Positions 49,167 to 60,048 of a stretch of 64,000 bases of DNA are shown here, piece after piece; within the stretch, counting starts at the first letter, position 1; the number at the start of each line of letters is the position of its first letter. The notes below the pieces were generated by a model. The model had not been told where the DNA came from, ran no database searches, and was given only the letters and a program-made list of their open reading frames with translations. Origin of the DNA: Escherichia coli (GTDB taxonomy: Bacteria > Pseudomonadota > Gammaproteobacteria > Enterobacterales > Enterobacteriaceae). The position numbers and the translations under genes are program-made. The stretch lies in assembly GCF_002854065.1 (NCBI RefSeq), contig NZ_CP024147.1; one strand, 5' to 3'.

Positions 49167-49194
49167 ATAATACTTCTAAATTACAAAGGTTAAA
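49167..49194 (-). promoter_or_regulatory. Putative sigma70 promoter for the three-gene cassette
   Basis: Minus-strand TTTAAC (-35) - 16 nt - TATTAT (-10), about 75 bp upstream of the first start codon. Confidence 0.25.
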
Positions 49195-49561
49195 AGCAAA
49201 TCACAACCTTCCCGAACCTCCGCTTTTCGCTTGCTACGGTCCCTGCCGAGCATGAATCTCGTCTATGCCCAAAAGCGGACATTGATAATTCAGAAACCAT
49301 GGCAGAAGTGTGGTATCAGCCCCTCACCTGATGCCTGCCAGCATCGCACCTCGCTTCATGTCTAACCTCTCTGTTAGCCCGGCAGGGTCAATGGCTCTGT
49401 TGACAATGGTGCTACTTTCCAATACGTTAAGCACAAGGTTAGCGCGACCCGGCAGCTCACGGCCAAAGCGGAATGCAGCGCAGACTTATCAAATCTTTTT
49501 TGGTTAAGTGTCTTTGATTCTTATGATTCGTGAGCACATAGGACAGATAAGAGACTTAAAC

Positions 49562-50135
49562 CATGAAACAAATCCCCACATGCGCTGAAGCAAAAGCCCA
49601 CGCCAAATACCTTTCACGGTCGCTCAATATCAATCTAAGCTACGCCCGGGATGCAGTGGCATTACGTTATAACTACCATAACTGGTCGGAACTCAGCACA
49701 GTATTTGGTCAGCTTAGCTGATAAGTACATGTCGTGCTATGGCCTTGCCAGTCATGAAGAGAAGCGTGTTTTTAGCCAGCTTCTGGCACCATATATCGCA
49801 GAATTGCAAAATGTCATTCATCCTGACCGCCATGTACGGAAAGCTTGATACGTAAGATTGCTGAAGGCCATATTTCCCGGGTATCTGGTAAAGTGATGTC
49901 GGCTGTAATACGTGAATGCGAGGATTTTCCTCCCACGACAGTTAAAGACATCATTGAACTGCTTGAATTTTATGATGAAACGGCCAGCCGGATATTAGCA
50001 GGACACCACCGGCAGATCCCGACCAATAATCCCTTGCTGAAACCCTGGGTATTTGGTGTGCGCTTTTATGCCTATAACCACTTTAATGCCAAGCTGGTCA
50101 CCATCTGTGATCTTCCGCCAACATGCCTCTTCTGA
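49562..50135 (+). pseudogene. Gene of unknown function broken into three consecutive frames (53+65+96 aa)
   Basis: ORFs 49562..49723, 49651..49848, 49845..50135 succeed each other in frames 2, 1, 0 with short overlaps, suggesting two frameshifts in a ~190-codon gene. Confidence 0.3.
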
Positions 50136-50248
50136 ACTCTCCCGACGTCAACAAAACCCCCTCTAATCCCTTATATATCAGGATTTCTTTGTATCCAGAG
50201 GCCAACCGCCTTCACCCCGTATCAAGTTACTTTTGGGGGTATAATTTA

Positions 50249-50689
<441 letters not shown>

Positions 50690-50785
50690 CATGCATCACA
50701 ACAGCTCCTCATAGGCACTCAGTGGTCGATGTTCCACCTGACTGATCTGCTGCCAGAGCGGGGCGTGAGGTTCCGGTACTATCTG

Positions 50786-51082
50786 CTAGCCAGACGACAC
50801 TGAGCAGAGGCGATGTGAGGCCACCAGTTTCTCATTACTGTAGATCCGCAACTCATCGTTCAGCGATATTCGTATCGAGACTGGCTGACCACACAGCATT
50901 TCGGGAACGCTGTACTGATTACCTCCAACTTCGTTATAGCGGGTCCCAGGACACATGGCGGATGTCGAAGTAACTGGTATCGAAGTCTGTATCCGGTAAC
51001 GGCTGCAGATGTTCCTGCTCCAGCGCGAAGCGCTGTTCCGGCGTTTCTTTGAACTGACGAAGCTCCCATTTGTCAGCCACAT
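50786..51082 (-). pseudogene. Transposase C-terminal remnant (possibly IS21 IstA-like; family uncertain)
   Basis: 98-aa ORF ...YSVPEMLCGQPVSIRISLNDELRIYSNEKLVASHRL resembles transposase C-terminal domains; no N-terminal catalytic region. Confidence 0.35.
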
Positions 51083-51234
51083 CGGCTAGCGCCAGCTAAC
51101 CTATGCGGTACTGGCCTTGGTGCTAACCCGCGTTAAAGCTACCACGTTGATCAGAGCCTCTCTCCCGGAAAGTCATACTGTCTTACATATTAATCACTCA
51201 AAATAGAGTAAATAAAATCGGTAATGACTCCAAC

Positions 51235-51738
51235 TTATTGATAGTGTTTTATGTTCAGATAATGCCCGATGACTTTGTCATGCAGCTCCACCGATTTTGA
51301 GAACGACAGCGACTTCCGTCCCAGCCGTGCCAGGTGCTGCCTCAGATTCAGGTTATGCCGCTCAATTCGCTGCGTATATCGCTTGCTGATTACGTGCAGC
51401 TTTCCCTTCAGGCGGGATTCATACAGCGGCCAGCCATCCGTCATCCATATCACCACGTCAAAGGGTGACAGCAGGCTCATAAGACGCCCCAGCGTCGCCA
51501 TAGTGCGTTCACCGAATACGTGCGCAACAACCGTCTTCCGGAGACTGTCATACGCGTAAAACAGCCAGCGCTGGCGCGATTTAGCCCCGACATAGCCCCA
51601 CTGTTCGTCCATTTCCGCGCAGACGATGACGTCACTGCCCGGCTGTATGCGCGAGGTTACCGACTGCGGCCTGAGTTTTTTAAGTGACGTAAAATCGTGT
51701 TGAGGCCAACGCCCATAATGCGGGCAGTTGCCCGGCAT
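51235..51738 (-). CDS. insB: IS1 InsB transposase reading frame
   Basis: 167-aa [19 protein letters not shown]... (a few substitutions relative to copy 1). Confidence 0.9.
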
Positions 51739-51932
51739 CCAACGCCATTCATGGCCATATCAATGATTTTCTGGTGCGTACCGGGTTGAGAAGCGGTGTA
51801 AGTGAACTGCAGTTGCCATGTTTTACGGCAGTGAGAGCAGAGATAGCGCTGATGTCCGGCGGTGCTTTTGCCGTTACGCACCACCCCGTCAGTAGCTGAA
51901 CAGGAGGGACAGCTGATAGAAACAGAAGCCAC
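51657..51932 (-). CDS. insA: IS1 InsA
   Basis: 91-aa ORF; canonical TTAAAAAACTC frameshift window. Confidence 0.9.
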
Positions 51933-52145
51933 TGGAGCACCTCAAAAACACCATCATACACTAAATCAGTAAGTTGGCAGCATCACCAATAAAATCATAC
52001 AACTAGAGAGTGATTATAATTGTTATTGAACACTGGTTATCCCATTTTTGTTATATTGATCACAAAACCCTTCTTTTTATGATGATCTAAAAATAAATAT
52101 TAAATATTGTGGTCAGGCCGCTAGACCGCAATAAGAGGAAATATC

Positions 52146-53435
52146 ATGAAAAGAAAAACCATGGGGTGGATTATCGTTTTTCTTCTGTTTATAGTTTACA
52201 TGCTGAACTATATGGATCGTTCTGCATTATCGATTACGGCCCCACTTATCGAAAAAGAGTTAGGCTTTAATGCTGCTGAAATGGGGATAATTTTCAGCGC
52301 ATTTTTCGTTGGTTATGCTTTATTTAACTTCATTGGCGGTTGGGCCAGTGACAAAGTTGGACCCAAAACAGTATTTTTGGTTGCTGCACTGTTGTGGTCT
52401 GTTTTTTGTGGTATGACCGGTCTGGTCACCGGATTATGGACAATGCTTGCCGTACGTGTTTTATTTGGTATGGCAGAGGGCCCGGTTAGTGCAGCAGGAA
52501 ATAAAATTATTAATAACTGGATCTCGCGTAAAGAGTCGGCAACAGCTATCGGTATTTTTAGTGCTGGTTCACCACTTGGTGGCGCTATTTCTGGTCCGGT
52601 CGTTGGCTTGCTGGCAATATCACTTGGCTGGCGTCCGGCGTTTGGGATCATATTTATATTTGGCCTAGTTTGGGTATTACTGTGGTACTTCTTTGTCAGT
52701 GATAAACCGTCAAAAAGTAAACGTCTGGCAGCGGAAGAACGTGTCGATTTCGAAAACCATGACGATATTATTCTAGCCGAAGATGGTAAAGGTACACCTT
52801 CGCTTGGTTATTACATGAAGCAGCCGATGGTATGGGCGACCACGCTGGCATTTTTTAGCTATAACTATATTCTATTTTTCTTTCTTACTTGGTTTCCAAG
52901 CTATTTGAATCATTCATTACACATTGATATTAAAGAAATTAGTATTGCAACTGTTATCCCGTGGTTTATTGGGGCAATTGGCATGGTGTTAGGTGGCGTC
53001 TGCTCTGACTTTATTTATCGTATTACGGGAAATGCCTTACTTTCTCGCCGTTTAATTCTCGGCAGTTGCCTTGCGGGGGCCGCGGTTTGTGTCGCTGTTT
53101 CCGGAACTGTTACCTCTATTGGTAGTGCGATTACGCTGATGTCTGTTTCCTTATTCCTGCTTTATCTAACTGGACCTATTTATTGGGCTGTTATTCAGGA
53201 TGTAGTGCATAAAGATAAAGTAGGTAGCGTAGGCGGTGCGATGCACGGTCTGGCAAATATTTCCGGCATTATTGGTCCATTGGTAACCGGTTTTATTGTC
53301 CAGTTCAGTGGTAAATATGATTACGCATTCTATCTTGCAGGTGCCATAGCAATCATTTCAAGTCTGCTGGTATTCATTTTTGTTAAAAATAAAGGATTGA
53401 AAGTCAATGAAAGTCAAAGCTGTGTACATCAATAA
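52146..53435 (+). CDS. MFS transporter (anion:cation symporter-like; sugar-acid/hexuronate-type)
   Basis: 429-aa polytopic ORF with N-terminal motif LNYMDRSALSITAPLI and 12 predicted helices. Confidence 0.85.
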   Translation: MKRKTMGWIIVFLLFIVYMLNYMDRSALSITAPLIEKELGFNAAEMGIIFSAFFVGYALFNFIGGWASDKVGPKTVFLVAALLWSVFCGMTGLVTGLWTMLAVRVLFGMAEGPVSAAGNKIINNWISRKESATAIGIFSAGSPLGGAISGPVVGLLAISLGWRPAFGIIFIFGLVWVLLWYFFVSDKPSKSKRLAAEERVDFENHDDIILAEDGKGTPSLGYYMKQPMVWATTLAFFSYNYILFFFLTWFPSYLNHSLHIDIKEISIATVIPWFIGAIGMVLGGVCSDFIYRITGNALLSRRLILGSCLAGAAVCVAVSGTVTSIGSAITLMSVSLFLLYLTGPIYWAVIQDVVHKDKVGSVGGAMHGLANISGIIGPLVTGFIVQFSGKYDYAFYLAGAIAIISSLLVFIFVKNKGLKVNESQSCVHQ

Positions 53436-54432
53436 ACCTGGTGAAATTGCTACCCGTCTGGTCGATTATCCAGTAAGAAAAGATAATGAAGTTTTAATTA
53501 AAGTGGATGCAGCGGGAATTTGTGGTTCTGACATCGGTGCATTTCGTGGTACTAACCCACTGGTAACTTATCCGAGAATTATTGGACATGAAGTCACCGG
53601 GATTGTTCTGGAAACCGGTGAGGGGGTACCACAAAATATCAAACAGGGCGACCGGGTTATTGTAGATCCCTATGTTTATTGCGGTCACTGTTATCCATGT
53701 TCTGTAGGTAGAACTAATTGCTGCGAGAACTTAAAAGTCATCGGCGTACATATTGATGGCGCTATGCAAGAAGTGGTTTCGCATCCGGCTCACTTAATTC
53801 ACAAAATTCCTGACAATGTACCGTCAGAGATGGCGCCACTGGCTGAACCCTTAACTATTGCCCTACACGCATTACATCGAGCGCAATTGAAAGCAGGTGA
53901 ACATGTCGTCATTATTGGTGCAGGCGCTATTGGACTTATGGCGGCCCTGAGTTCGTTGAACTATAAAGCAACTCCCATTCTGGTTGATATTGTCGATGAA
54001 CGGTTGCAATACGCGAAATCGCTCGGCGTACCTTATGTAGTAAACTCCGCAAAAGCTAATGTTATTGAGGCAGTGAAAGATATTACACAAGGGACGATGG
54101 CTCAGGTTGTGGTGGAAGCCTCTGGTGCAAATAGCGCAATCAGAAGTACCCTGGATCTGGCCTCATTTGCAGGGCGTATAGCCTATACTGGTTGGCCAAA
54201 GCAGGAAACATCGTTACCAACTAATCTAATTACCTTTAAAGAACTAGATTTACGTGGTTCCCGTACCAGTGCCGGTGAATTTGAAGAAGCCCTGCAAATG
54301 TTATCAACGCTGAATATTAATCCGGCTGATATCGTGAGCAAAGTCGTGACAATAGATGAAGTTCCTGAGGCTGTAAAAGAGTTAGATCAATTTCCGGAAC
54401 GCTATCTGAAAATTAACGTGAAATTCATTTAA
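53407..54432 (+). CDS. Zinc-dependent medium-chain dehydrogenase (sorbitol/idonate dehydrogenase-like)
   Basis: 341-aa ORF with catalytic-zinc motif GHEVTG, structural-zinc Cys cluster CGHCYPCSVGRTNCC and NAD-binding GAGAIG; start overlaps the MFS stop by 29 nt. Confidence 0.85.
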   Translation: MKVKAVYINKPGEIATRLVDYPVRKDNEVLIKVDAAGICGSDIGAFRGTNPLVTYPRIIGHEVTGIVLETGEGVPQNIKQGDRVIVDPYVYCGHCYPCSVGRTNCCENLKVIGVHIDGAMQEVVSHPAHLIHKIPDNVPSEMAPLAEPLTIALHALHRAQLKAGEHVVIIGAGAIGLMAALSSLNYKATPILVDIVDERLQYAKSLGVPYVVNSAKANVIEAVKDITQGTMAQVVVEASGANSAIRSTLDLASFAGRIAYTGWPKQETSLPTNLITFKELDLRGSRTSAGEFEEALQMLSTLNINPADIVSKVVTIDEVPEAVKELDQFPERYLKINVKFI

Positions 54433-54458
54433 TTATAATTAACAAAAATAAAAAGTCT

Positions 54459-54488
54459 GACGCGTAGTGTATTCACTACGCGTTTTTT
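54459..54488 (+). terminator. Intrinsic terminator of the transporter-dehydrogenase operon
   Basis: ACGCGTAGTG-TATTC-ACTACGCG followed by TTTTTT, 27 bp after the dehydrogenase stop. Confidence 0.75.
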
Positions 54489-54975
54489 ATGTGCGCCGTG
54501 ACTGGCGCTGTTCTTCAACTGTGGTGGCTGAAGAACGACTAAGAGGTGAAAGTTCTCCAAACACCCGGTGAGGGGAAATGTTAGCGGAAGGCAAGGATGT
54601 TCATCGCGAGGTGAAATCTGAAGGAAGCCGGATGCAAAATGCTGGCCTGACGAACAGGAAGCGGCTAAGGCGGCACAAATCACCAAAGCCCAATACTCAC
54701 ACGGAACGCGGTGACGTACAGCCGACAGGCATAAGCAGGAAAGTCGTGCGAATTACCCCGGGAGATCTGCCGCTCTGCCAGTGTGCTACCGACGCCGTAG
54801 TAGCGCTGCAAAACCGGCAGCATGAAGGGCCGAACATAATTAACCGTGATTAGGACATCCGAACCCGATGATGATTAATGAAGCATAAACGCAGGCAACT
54901 GCGGCCAGCGGCAGAAGAGACGGACGGCATCCTGAGGTGTACTGGCAATAGCGGACACTACCATTTGTTCTTTTT

Positions 54976-55794
54976 TTAAGCAGCCATCTGATGATATTTT
55001 TCCCTGAAGGCTGCCGGGGAGATATTCCCCAGACGAGAGTGACGACGCTGACGATTGTAGAAAATCTCAATGTATTCCCGTATTACTGAGATGGCCTCAT
55101 CCCGGCTATTAAAACGATAGTGGCTCAGGCTCTCATTTTTCAGCGTTCCCCAGAAGCTTTCCATCGGAGCGTTGTCGTAACAGTTACCTTTACGCGACAT
55201 TGATGTTTTCAGACCAAACTGCTCCTGGATGACCCGGTAATCGTATGCGCAGTACTGTGAACCTCGATCGGAGTGGTGGATTAGCCCGGCAGGTGGGCGC
55301 TGGCTCCTGAGCGCCATAAACATTGCTTTACCTGTCAGCTCTTTTGTCATGCGCTCTCCCATGGCGTAGCCGACAATTTCGCACGTATAAACATCTTTGA
55401 TGCCAGCGAGGTACAACCATCCCTCCTGTGTGGCAACATACGTCAGGTCCGCCACCCAGACCTGATTTGGTACTGTAGGAGCGAACGTCTGGTTCAGCAG
55501 ATTTGGCGCAACTGGCAGATTGTGGCTCGAGTTCGTAGTCGCTCTGAACTTGCGTTTCTGCTTACAGCGTAGCCTTAGCTCCTTACGAAGACGTGCCAGT
55601 CGGTCACGACCAACGATGATGCCATTCTCTGCCAGCTCCGTCTGGAGCCGCCGGGTTCCATATGTTTCGCGAGTGCTGATATGTGCCACCTTAATCTCCA
55701 GTTTTAGCCGCTCATCACTTTGTTTTCTGTCTGAGGGGTCATGCTGTACCCAGTTGTAATAACCGCTCCTGGATACACCAAATACCTGACACAT
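54976..55794 (-). CDS. IS3-family OrfB DDE transposase (IS600-like)
   Basis: 272-aa ORF with DDE region ...WVADLTYV...HSDRGSQY...[12 protein letters not shown]... Confidence 0.85.
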   Translation of the reverse strand: MCQVFGVSRSGYYNWVQHDPSDRKQSDERLKLEIKVAHISTRETYGTRRLQTELAENGIIVGRDRLARLRKELRLRCKQKRKFRATTNSSHNLPVAPNLLNQTFAPTVPNQVWVADLTYVATQEGWLYLAGIKDVYTCEIVGYAMGERMTKELTGKAMFMALRSQRPPAGLIHHSDRGSQYCAYDYRVIQEQFGLKTSMSRKGNCYDNAPMESFWGTLKNESLSHYRFNSRDEAISVIREYIEIFYNRQRRHSRLGNISPAAFREKYHQMAA

Positions 55795-55829
55795 CGCTTC
55801 AATGGGAAATTGTTGTCGCCATTGTTCGA

Positions 55830-56132
55830 TTAACGCGTATTTTTCAGCGACTCCTGTGCAAAATACGCTGTTGCTTTTTTTAATATATCTCGCTCAAGGC
55901 GAGCTTCATTTAACGCCTTACGCAGTTGCAGAATTTCAGATTCCAGTTCAGCCACCATGCGGGAACCAAGAGTACCGAGCCCTTTTCTGGCGGCGGTAAC
56001 CCATTGTCCTAAAGTGCCTTCAGGAAGAGATAATCGGGAAGCGCCTTCACTGATCGAAAGTTGATTTTCAAGAACCGTTCTGACAGCTTCGGCTTTGAAC
56101 TCTTTAGAGTAACGTTGGGTTTTTCTGCTCAT
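55830..56132 (-). CDS. IS3-family OrfA (IS600-like)
   Basis: 100-aa ORF MSRKTQRYSKEFKAEAVRTVLENQLSISEGASRL... Confidence 0.85.
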   Translation of the reverse strand: MSRKTQRYSKEFKAEAVRTVLENQLSISEGASRLSLPEGTLGQWVTAARKGLGTLGSRMVAELESEILQLRKALNEARLERDILKKATAYFAQESLKNTR

Positions 56133-56196
56133 TATTAGCTCCTTCTGATGCCATTCTATTTCAGGAAGGAGTGTCCGTTAAACTCAGGCTACCTCA

Positions 56197-56849
56197 TCCG
56201 TCAGAGCTGCATGATGGCGGCGTGAGAACCTTAGGCATCCCGACAGTGGTGGATAGGCCTATCCAGCAGGCTATAGCTATAGCGCAACATTTAAGCGCCA
56301 TCGTGGACAAAAGCTTCTCAGACTCTAGGCACGGTTTCCGGCTGGGACGCAACGTATGGCAGGCAGTGCAATAGGCACAGCATTATATACGGGGCAGCAA
56401 ACGGTGGGTGGTGGATATAAATCTGGAGAAGTTCTTCGACCGTGTGGATCACAGACTCCTGATGACGCGTCTGGCCAGTACGATAAAGGACAGGCGGGTG
56501 CTGAGGCTGATACGCCGCTACTTGAAAGAGGAAATAGTCCGGGACGGGCAAAGAGAGAAATGGCAGGAAGGCATGCCGCAGGGCGGCCATTGCTGCATGG
56601 TATCAGGACGTCGTAGAGAACAAACTGAAGCAGAAAGTGAATGAGAAGAAGAGCGCGGTGGCGCGCCCGTGGGAGCAGAAGTTCCTCGGGTACAGTATGA
56701 CATGGCACAAACAGTTGAAGCTGAAAATAGCCCTGACGAGTGTGAACAGGCTGAAGGAGAAAGTGCGCAGTCTGACCACGGGAAACCGGAGCAAATCAGT
56801 GAAAGCGACAATCAATGCCCTGACGCCAGTGCTGCGTGAACCTGTTTAA
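56197..56849 (+). pseudogene. Group II intron reverse transcriptase/maturase, frameshifted and internally deleted
   Basis: RT motifs spread over three frames (56171..56374, 56408..56644, 56637..56849); the YADD-containing segment between MPQGG and domain X is absent. Confidence 0.7.
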
Positions 56850-56991
56850 GATTCTGTGTAAATGCCTTTTCTCAGAAGTGACCGTCCTGGCGGTCACCGA
56901 ACTCGATAATAAAGCGGCTGAACCTGTACATAGATTTGTGTAATCGCCTGATTTTGATATGTTCAATCCAGCATCATATGAAGGTTAATTT

Positions 56992-57659
56992 ATGGATGAA
57001 AAACAGTTACAGGCTCTGGCTAACGAACTGGCCAAAAACCTCAAAACCTCTGAAGACCTCAGTCAGTTTGATCGGCTGCTGAAAAAGCTCAGCGTTGAAG
57101 CCGCTCTCAATGCTGAGATGACACACCATCTTGGGTATGAGAAAAATCAGCCCAGACTAGGAGCTAACTCCCGCAACGGTTATTCCACAAAGACCGTTAT
57201 CACAGGCGACGGTCCACTGGAACTGCGTACTCCGCGCGATCGTGACGGTACCTTCGAACCACAACTGGTAAAGAAAAATCAGACCCGTATTACCGGGATG
57301 GATAACCAGATCCTCTCGTTGTATGCCAAAGGGATGACCACTCGTGAGATAGCTGCTGCGTTCAAAGAACTGTATGACGCAGATGTTTCACCGGCGCTGA
57401 CAGCCGAAGCTGGCAGGCTAACTGGCCGAATCTTGCCACGTTCTTCGCTTATCCAACGGACATCCGCAAAGTGATCTATACGACGAATGCCATCGAGTCG
57501 CTAAACAGCGTGATCCGCCATGCGATCAAAAAGCGTAAAGTGTTCCCGACAGACGACTCGGTGAAAAAAGTGGTGTGGCTGGCAATCCAGTCTGCGTCCC
57601 AGAAATGGACGATTCCGTTGAAGGACTGGCGAATGGCAACGAGCCGCTTGGAACTGTAA
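56992..57659 (+). pseudogene. IS256-family transposase remnant (N- and C-terminal parts, catalytic core deleted)
   Basis: N-part ...HHLGYEKNQPRLGANSRNGYSTKTVITGDGPLELRTPRDRDGTFEPQLV...QILSLYAKGMTTREI and C-part IYTTNAIESLNSVIR...WTIPLKDW match the ends of IS256-type transposases; together only ~220 aa. Confidence 0.7.
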
Positions 57660-57958
57660 ATATCACATAGTTTTTGCGCCAAAATACCGAAGACAGGTGT
57701 TCTACAGAGAGAAGCGTAGAGCAATAGGCTGTATTTTGAGGAAGCTGTGTGAGTGGAAAAGTGTACAGATTCTGGAAGCTGAATACTGTGCAAATCCCGC
57801 CCCAAATGAGCGCATACGGAAGTGTTCTGCGCTGGTTTTGCCGTACTCCTTCATGGGCCGGTTATTCATATCCGTCAGTAAATCCCAAAAACGTACATTC
57901 AACGTAAGCATCCGGTGAACTCGCATGGCGCGATCACCGGCGTTATGGCAGGGCGTAT

Positions 57959-59635
57959 TCAGTCCGCCGGATGGCGGTAAGGCAGCAGTTCATCCAGCCG
58001 GGACGCCGTCCATGACGGCAGCTTCTCCAGCACATCTCGCAGCCAGACTACTGGCTCCAGACCGTTCAGCCTCGCCGTGTGCAGCAGCGTCAGCAGCTCC
58101 GCCAGCCGCTCTCCTCCCCGCAGCGAACCCGCGAACAGCCATGACTTCCGCCCCTGCGCCACCGGACGCATCATCTACTCACTCCGGTTGTTGTCCAGCG
58201 GTACCCGTCCGTCATTCAGGTATGTTTCCAGCGCCGGCCAACGCTTCAGGGCATACGTCACCGCACCGTGCAGCCTGCCACCCGGCGCGCTCGTCTTTTC
58301 CGTCGCCCTCAGCCAGCTGTGGAACGCCTCCATCTGCGGCTTCGCGTACCGCCGTCGCCATCGCCATTTCTGCTCTGCCGGACGCTGCCGGATGGTCTGC
58401 TCCAGGATATACAGCGCCCGTATCTGTTTCAGCGCCTCCTTCGCCCCCGGACTGCCGTTCATTCTGTACAGCTCCATGAACTTTCTGCGCACGTGCGCCA
58501 TGCACCCCGCCTCACAGATACCCGGTGCCGCCGGAGGGGCCCCTTCCTGCCCGTCACGGAACAGCGCCCGGTAACCGGCATAACCGTCAGCCACCAGAGT
58601 CCCCGACCACCCGCTCAGCATCTCACACGCATACTGCCCCGCACGCCCCGGACGGCAGTCGTACACCACGATGTCCCGGGCACTGCCCGCCGCACTCACG
58701 TATGCTCACAGGTACCCTTTCCGGACTTTCCCTTTCCGCGTATCCAGTATCTGCAGCGGCGTCTCGTCCGCCTGCAGCACCGGTTGCCTGAGCAGGTCAC
58801 GTTTCAGGGCTGCCGCCAGCGGCGACAGCACCGCCGCCGTCGGCCCGAACCAGTCCGTCAGCGTGCTTTCCGGCAACTGTACCCCTTCACGGGCGTATAT
58901 CTTCTGCTGCCGCTGCAGTGACAGGTGATCCAGCACCTTCGCGGTCACCACCTGCGCCAGCAGACCCGGACCCGGCTGCCCTTTGTCGATGACTGCCGGC
59001 GGCAGCACGGCACTGTGCACCGTGTCGCAGCACGGGCAACTGTACTGCGGTCTCACGGTCCGTTTCACCACGAAGTGTGCCGGTACATACTCCAGCACCT
59101 CATTCACCTCGTCGCGGATATGTCGCATTTCACTTCCGCAGTCCGGACAGGTGCTACCGGTCTCAGGCATGAGTACGGTTTCCTGTCGCGGCAGGTGTGC
59201 CGGCAGGGGGTGACGGGCCGGCTTCTTCCCGGTTTTCTCCTTCACCGGCAGCAGGTCGCTCAGTTGCCGGGTGATATCAGCCTCATCGCTGGCCGCGTCC
59301 TCATCTGCCAGTGGTTTCTGGCTGGCCGGGAGGCGCTCGCTTTTACGCCCGAAGCGCCACTGGTGGGCCAGCTTCAGGGCCTCCTCCAGCTCCCGGATGC
59401 GCTGTTCATATGCGGTTTTTTCTGCCTGCATGGCGGCATTAAGGTCATGGATACGCTGTTCCAGCGTGGTGGTGACGGTATTCAGGTTATGGAGGCGCTG
59501 TTCCAGCGTGGTGTTGACGGTATTCAGGTTATGAAGGCGCTGCTCATATTCGCATGCCTGTGCCGTCAGCAGCGCTGTTGCCAGACGGCGCAGTTCATCG
59601 GGGTTTTGTGTGGTGTTCAGGATGTCATCTGTCAT
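57959..59635 (-). pseudogene. IS66-family TnpC transposase split into three ORFs by frameshifts
   Basis: ORFs 58706..59635 (N-terminal coiled-coil and zinc-finger CPDCG...CPCC), 58175..58699 and 57959..58174 together cover a TnpC-like protein in different frames. Confidence 0.75.
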
Positions 59636-59709
59636 GCAGCCATGATGACAGAGGCGGGCGGGAACATCCTGATAAGAAGCTGCCCGTATTATGATTCTGG
59701 CACAGGAGG

Positions 59710-60048
59710 TTATTCAGTCCACCTCTGCAGGGGGCTGGCAGAGAGACGCAGCCAGTCAACGCCGGCGGTAAGCCAGGCGAACTGTTCCGCCGTGAGCGAC
59801 CAGGTGGTGTCGCCGTCGCGGGGCCAGCGGAAGGCGCCCTGGTGCAGGCGGCGGGTGCAGAGCCAGACGCCGTGGCGGTCCCACATCAGGAGTTTCATGC
59901 GGGTGCGTTTTTTCCCGGTGAAGAGGAAGGCTTCGCCTTCCCGGGGCGGATGCCCGGCGGCCTGAGTGGCGAGTCGCGTCAGGGAGTCGATGCCGGCGCG
60001 TATGTCAGCAGGCTCGCGGACGAGCCAGAGGGAATGAGGGCTCAGCAC
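59710..60048 (-). CDS. IS66-family Orf2 (TnpB)
   Basis: 112-aa ORF MLSPHSLWLVREPADIRAGIDSL...RMKLLMWDRHGVWLCTRRL... typical IS66 Orf2. Confidence 0.8.
   Translation of the reverse strand: MLSPHSLWLVREPADIRAGIDSLTRLATQAAGHPPREGEAFLFTGKKRTRMKLLMWDRHGVWLCTRRLHQGAFRWPRDGDTTWSLTAEQFAWLTAGVDWLRLSASPLQRWTE

Larger units (their letters stand above)
51219..51987 (-). mobile_element. IS1 insertion sequence (copy 2), flanked by 9-bp direct repeat AATAAAATC
   Basis: Same terminal inverted repeats as copy 1; 9-bp duplication at 51210-51218 and 51988-51996; same orientation as copy 1. Confidence 0.95.
54943..56196 (-). mobile_element. IS3-family insertion sequence (IS600-like), flanked by 3-bp duplication TCC
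   Basis: Inverted ends TGAGGTGTACTGGCAATAGCGGACAC ... GTGTCCGTTAAACTCAGGCTACCTCA; TCC at 54940-54942 and 56197-56199; orfA and orfB present. Confidence 0.85.
54491..56849 (+). mobile_element. Group II intron remnant (5' end GTGCGCC right after the terminator; intron-encoded protein degraded; 3' part missing), interrupted by the IS600-like element
   Basis: Starts GTGCGCCGTGACTGG 2 nt after the terminator T-run; downstream frames encode reverse-transcriptase motifs GGVRTLGIPTVVDR, HGFRLGR, DINLEKFFDRVDH, MPQGG and domain-X-like VARPWEQKFLGYSM in three different frames. Confidence 0.55.

Noticed and set aside
54578-54853. 91-aa plus-strand ORF at the 5' end of the putative group II intron
   Set aside because: Falls in what should be the structured intron domain I RNA; its translation does not resemble RT domain 0. 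More likely a chance ORF in structured RNA.
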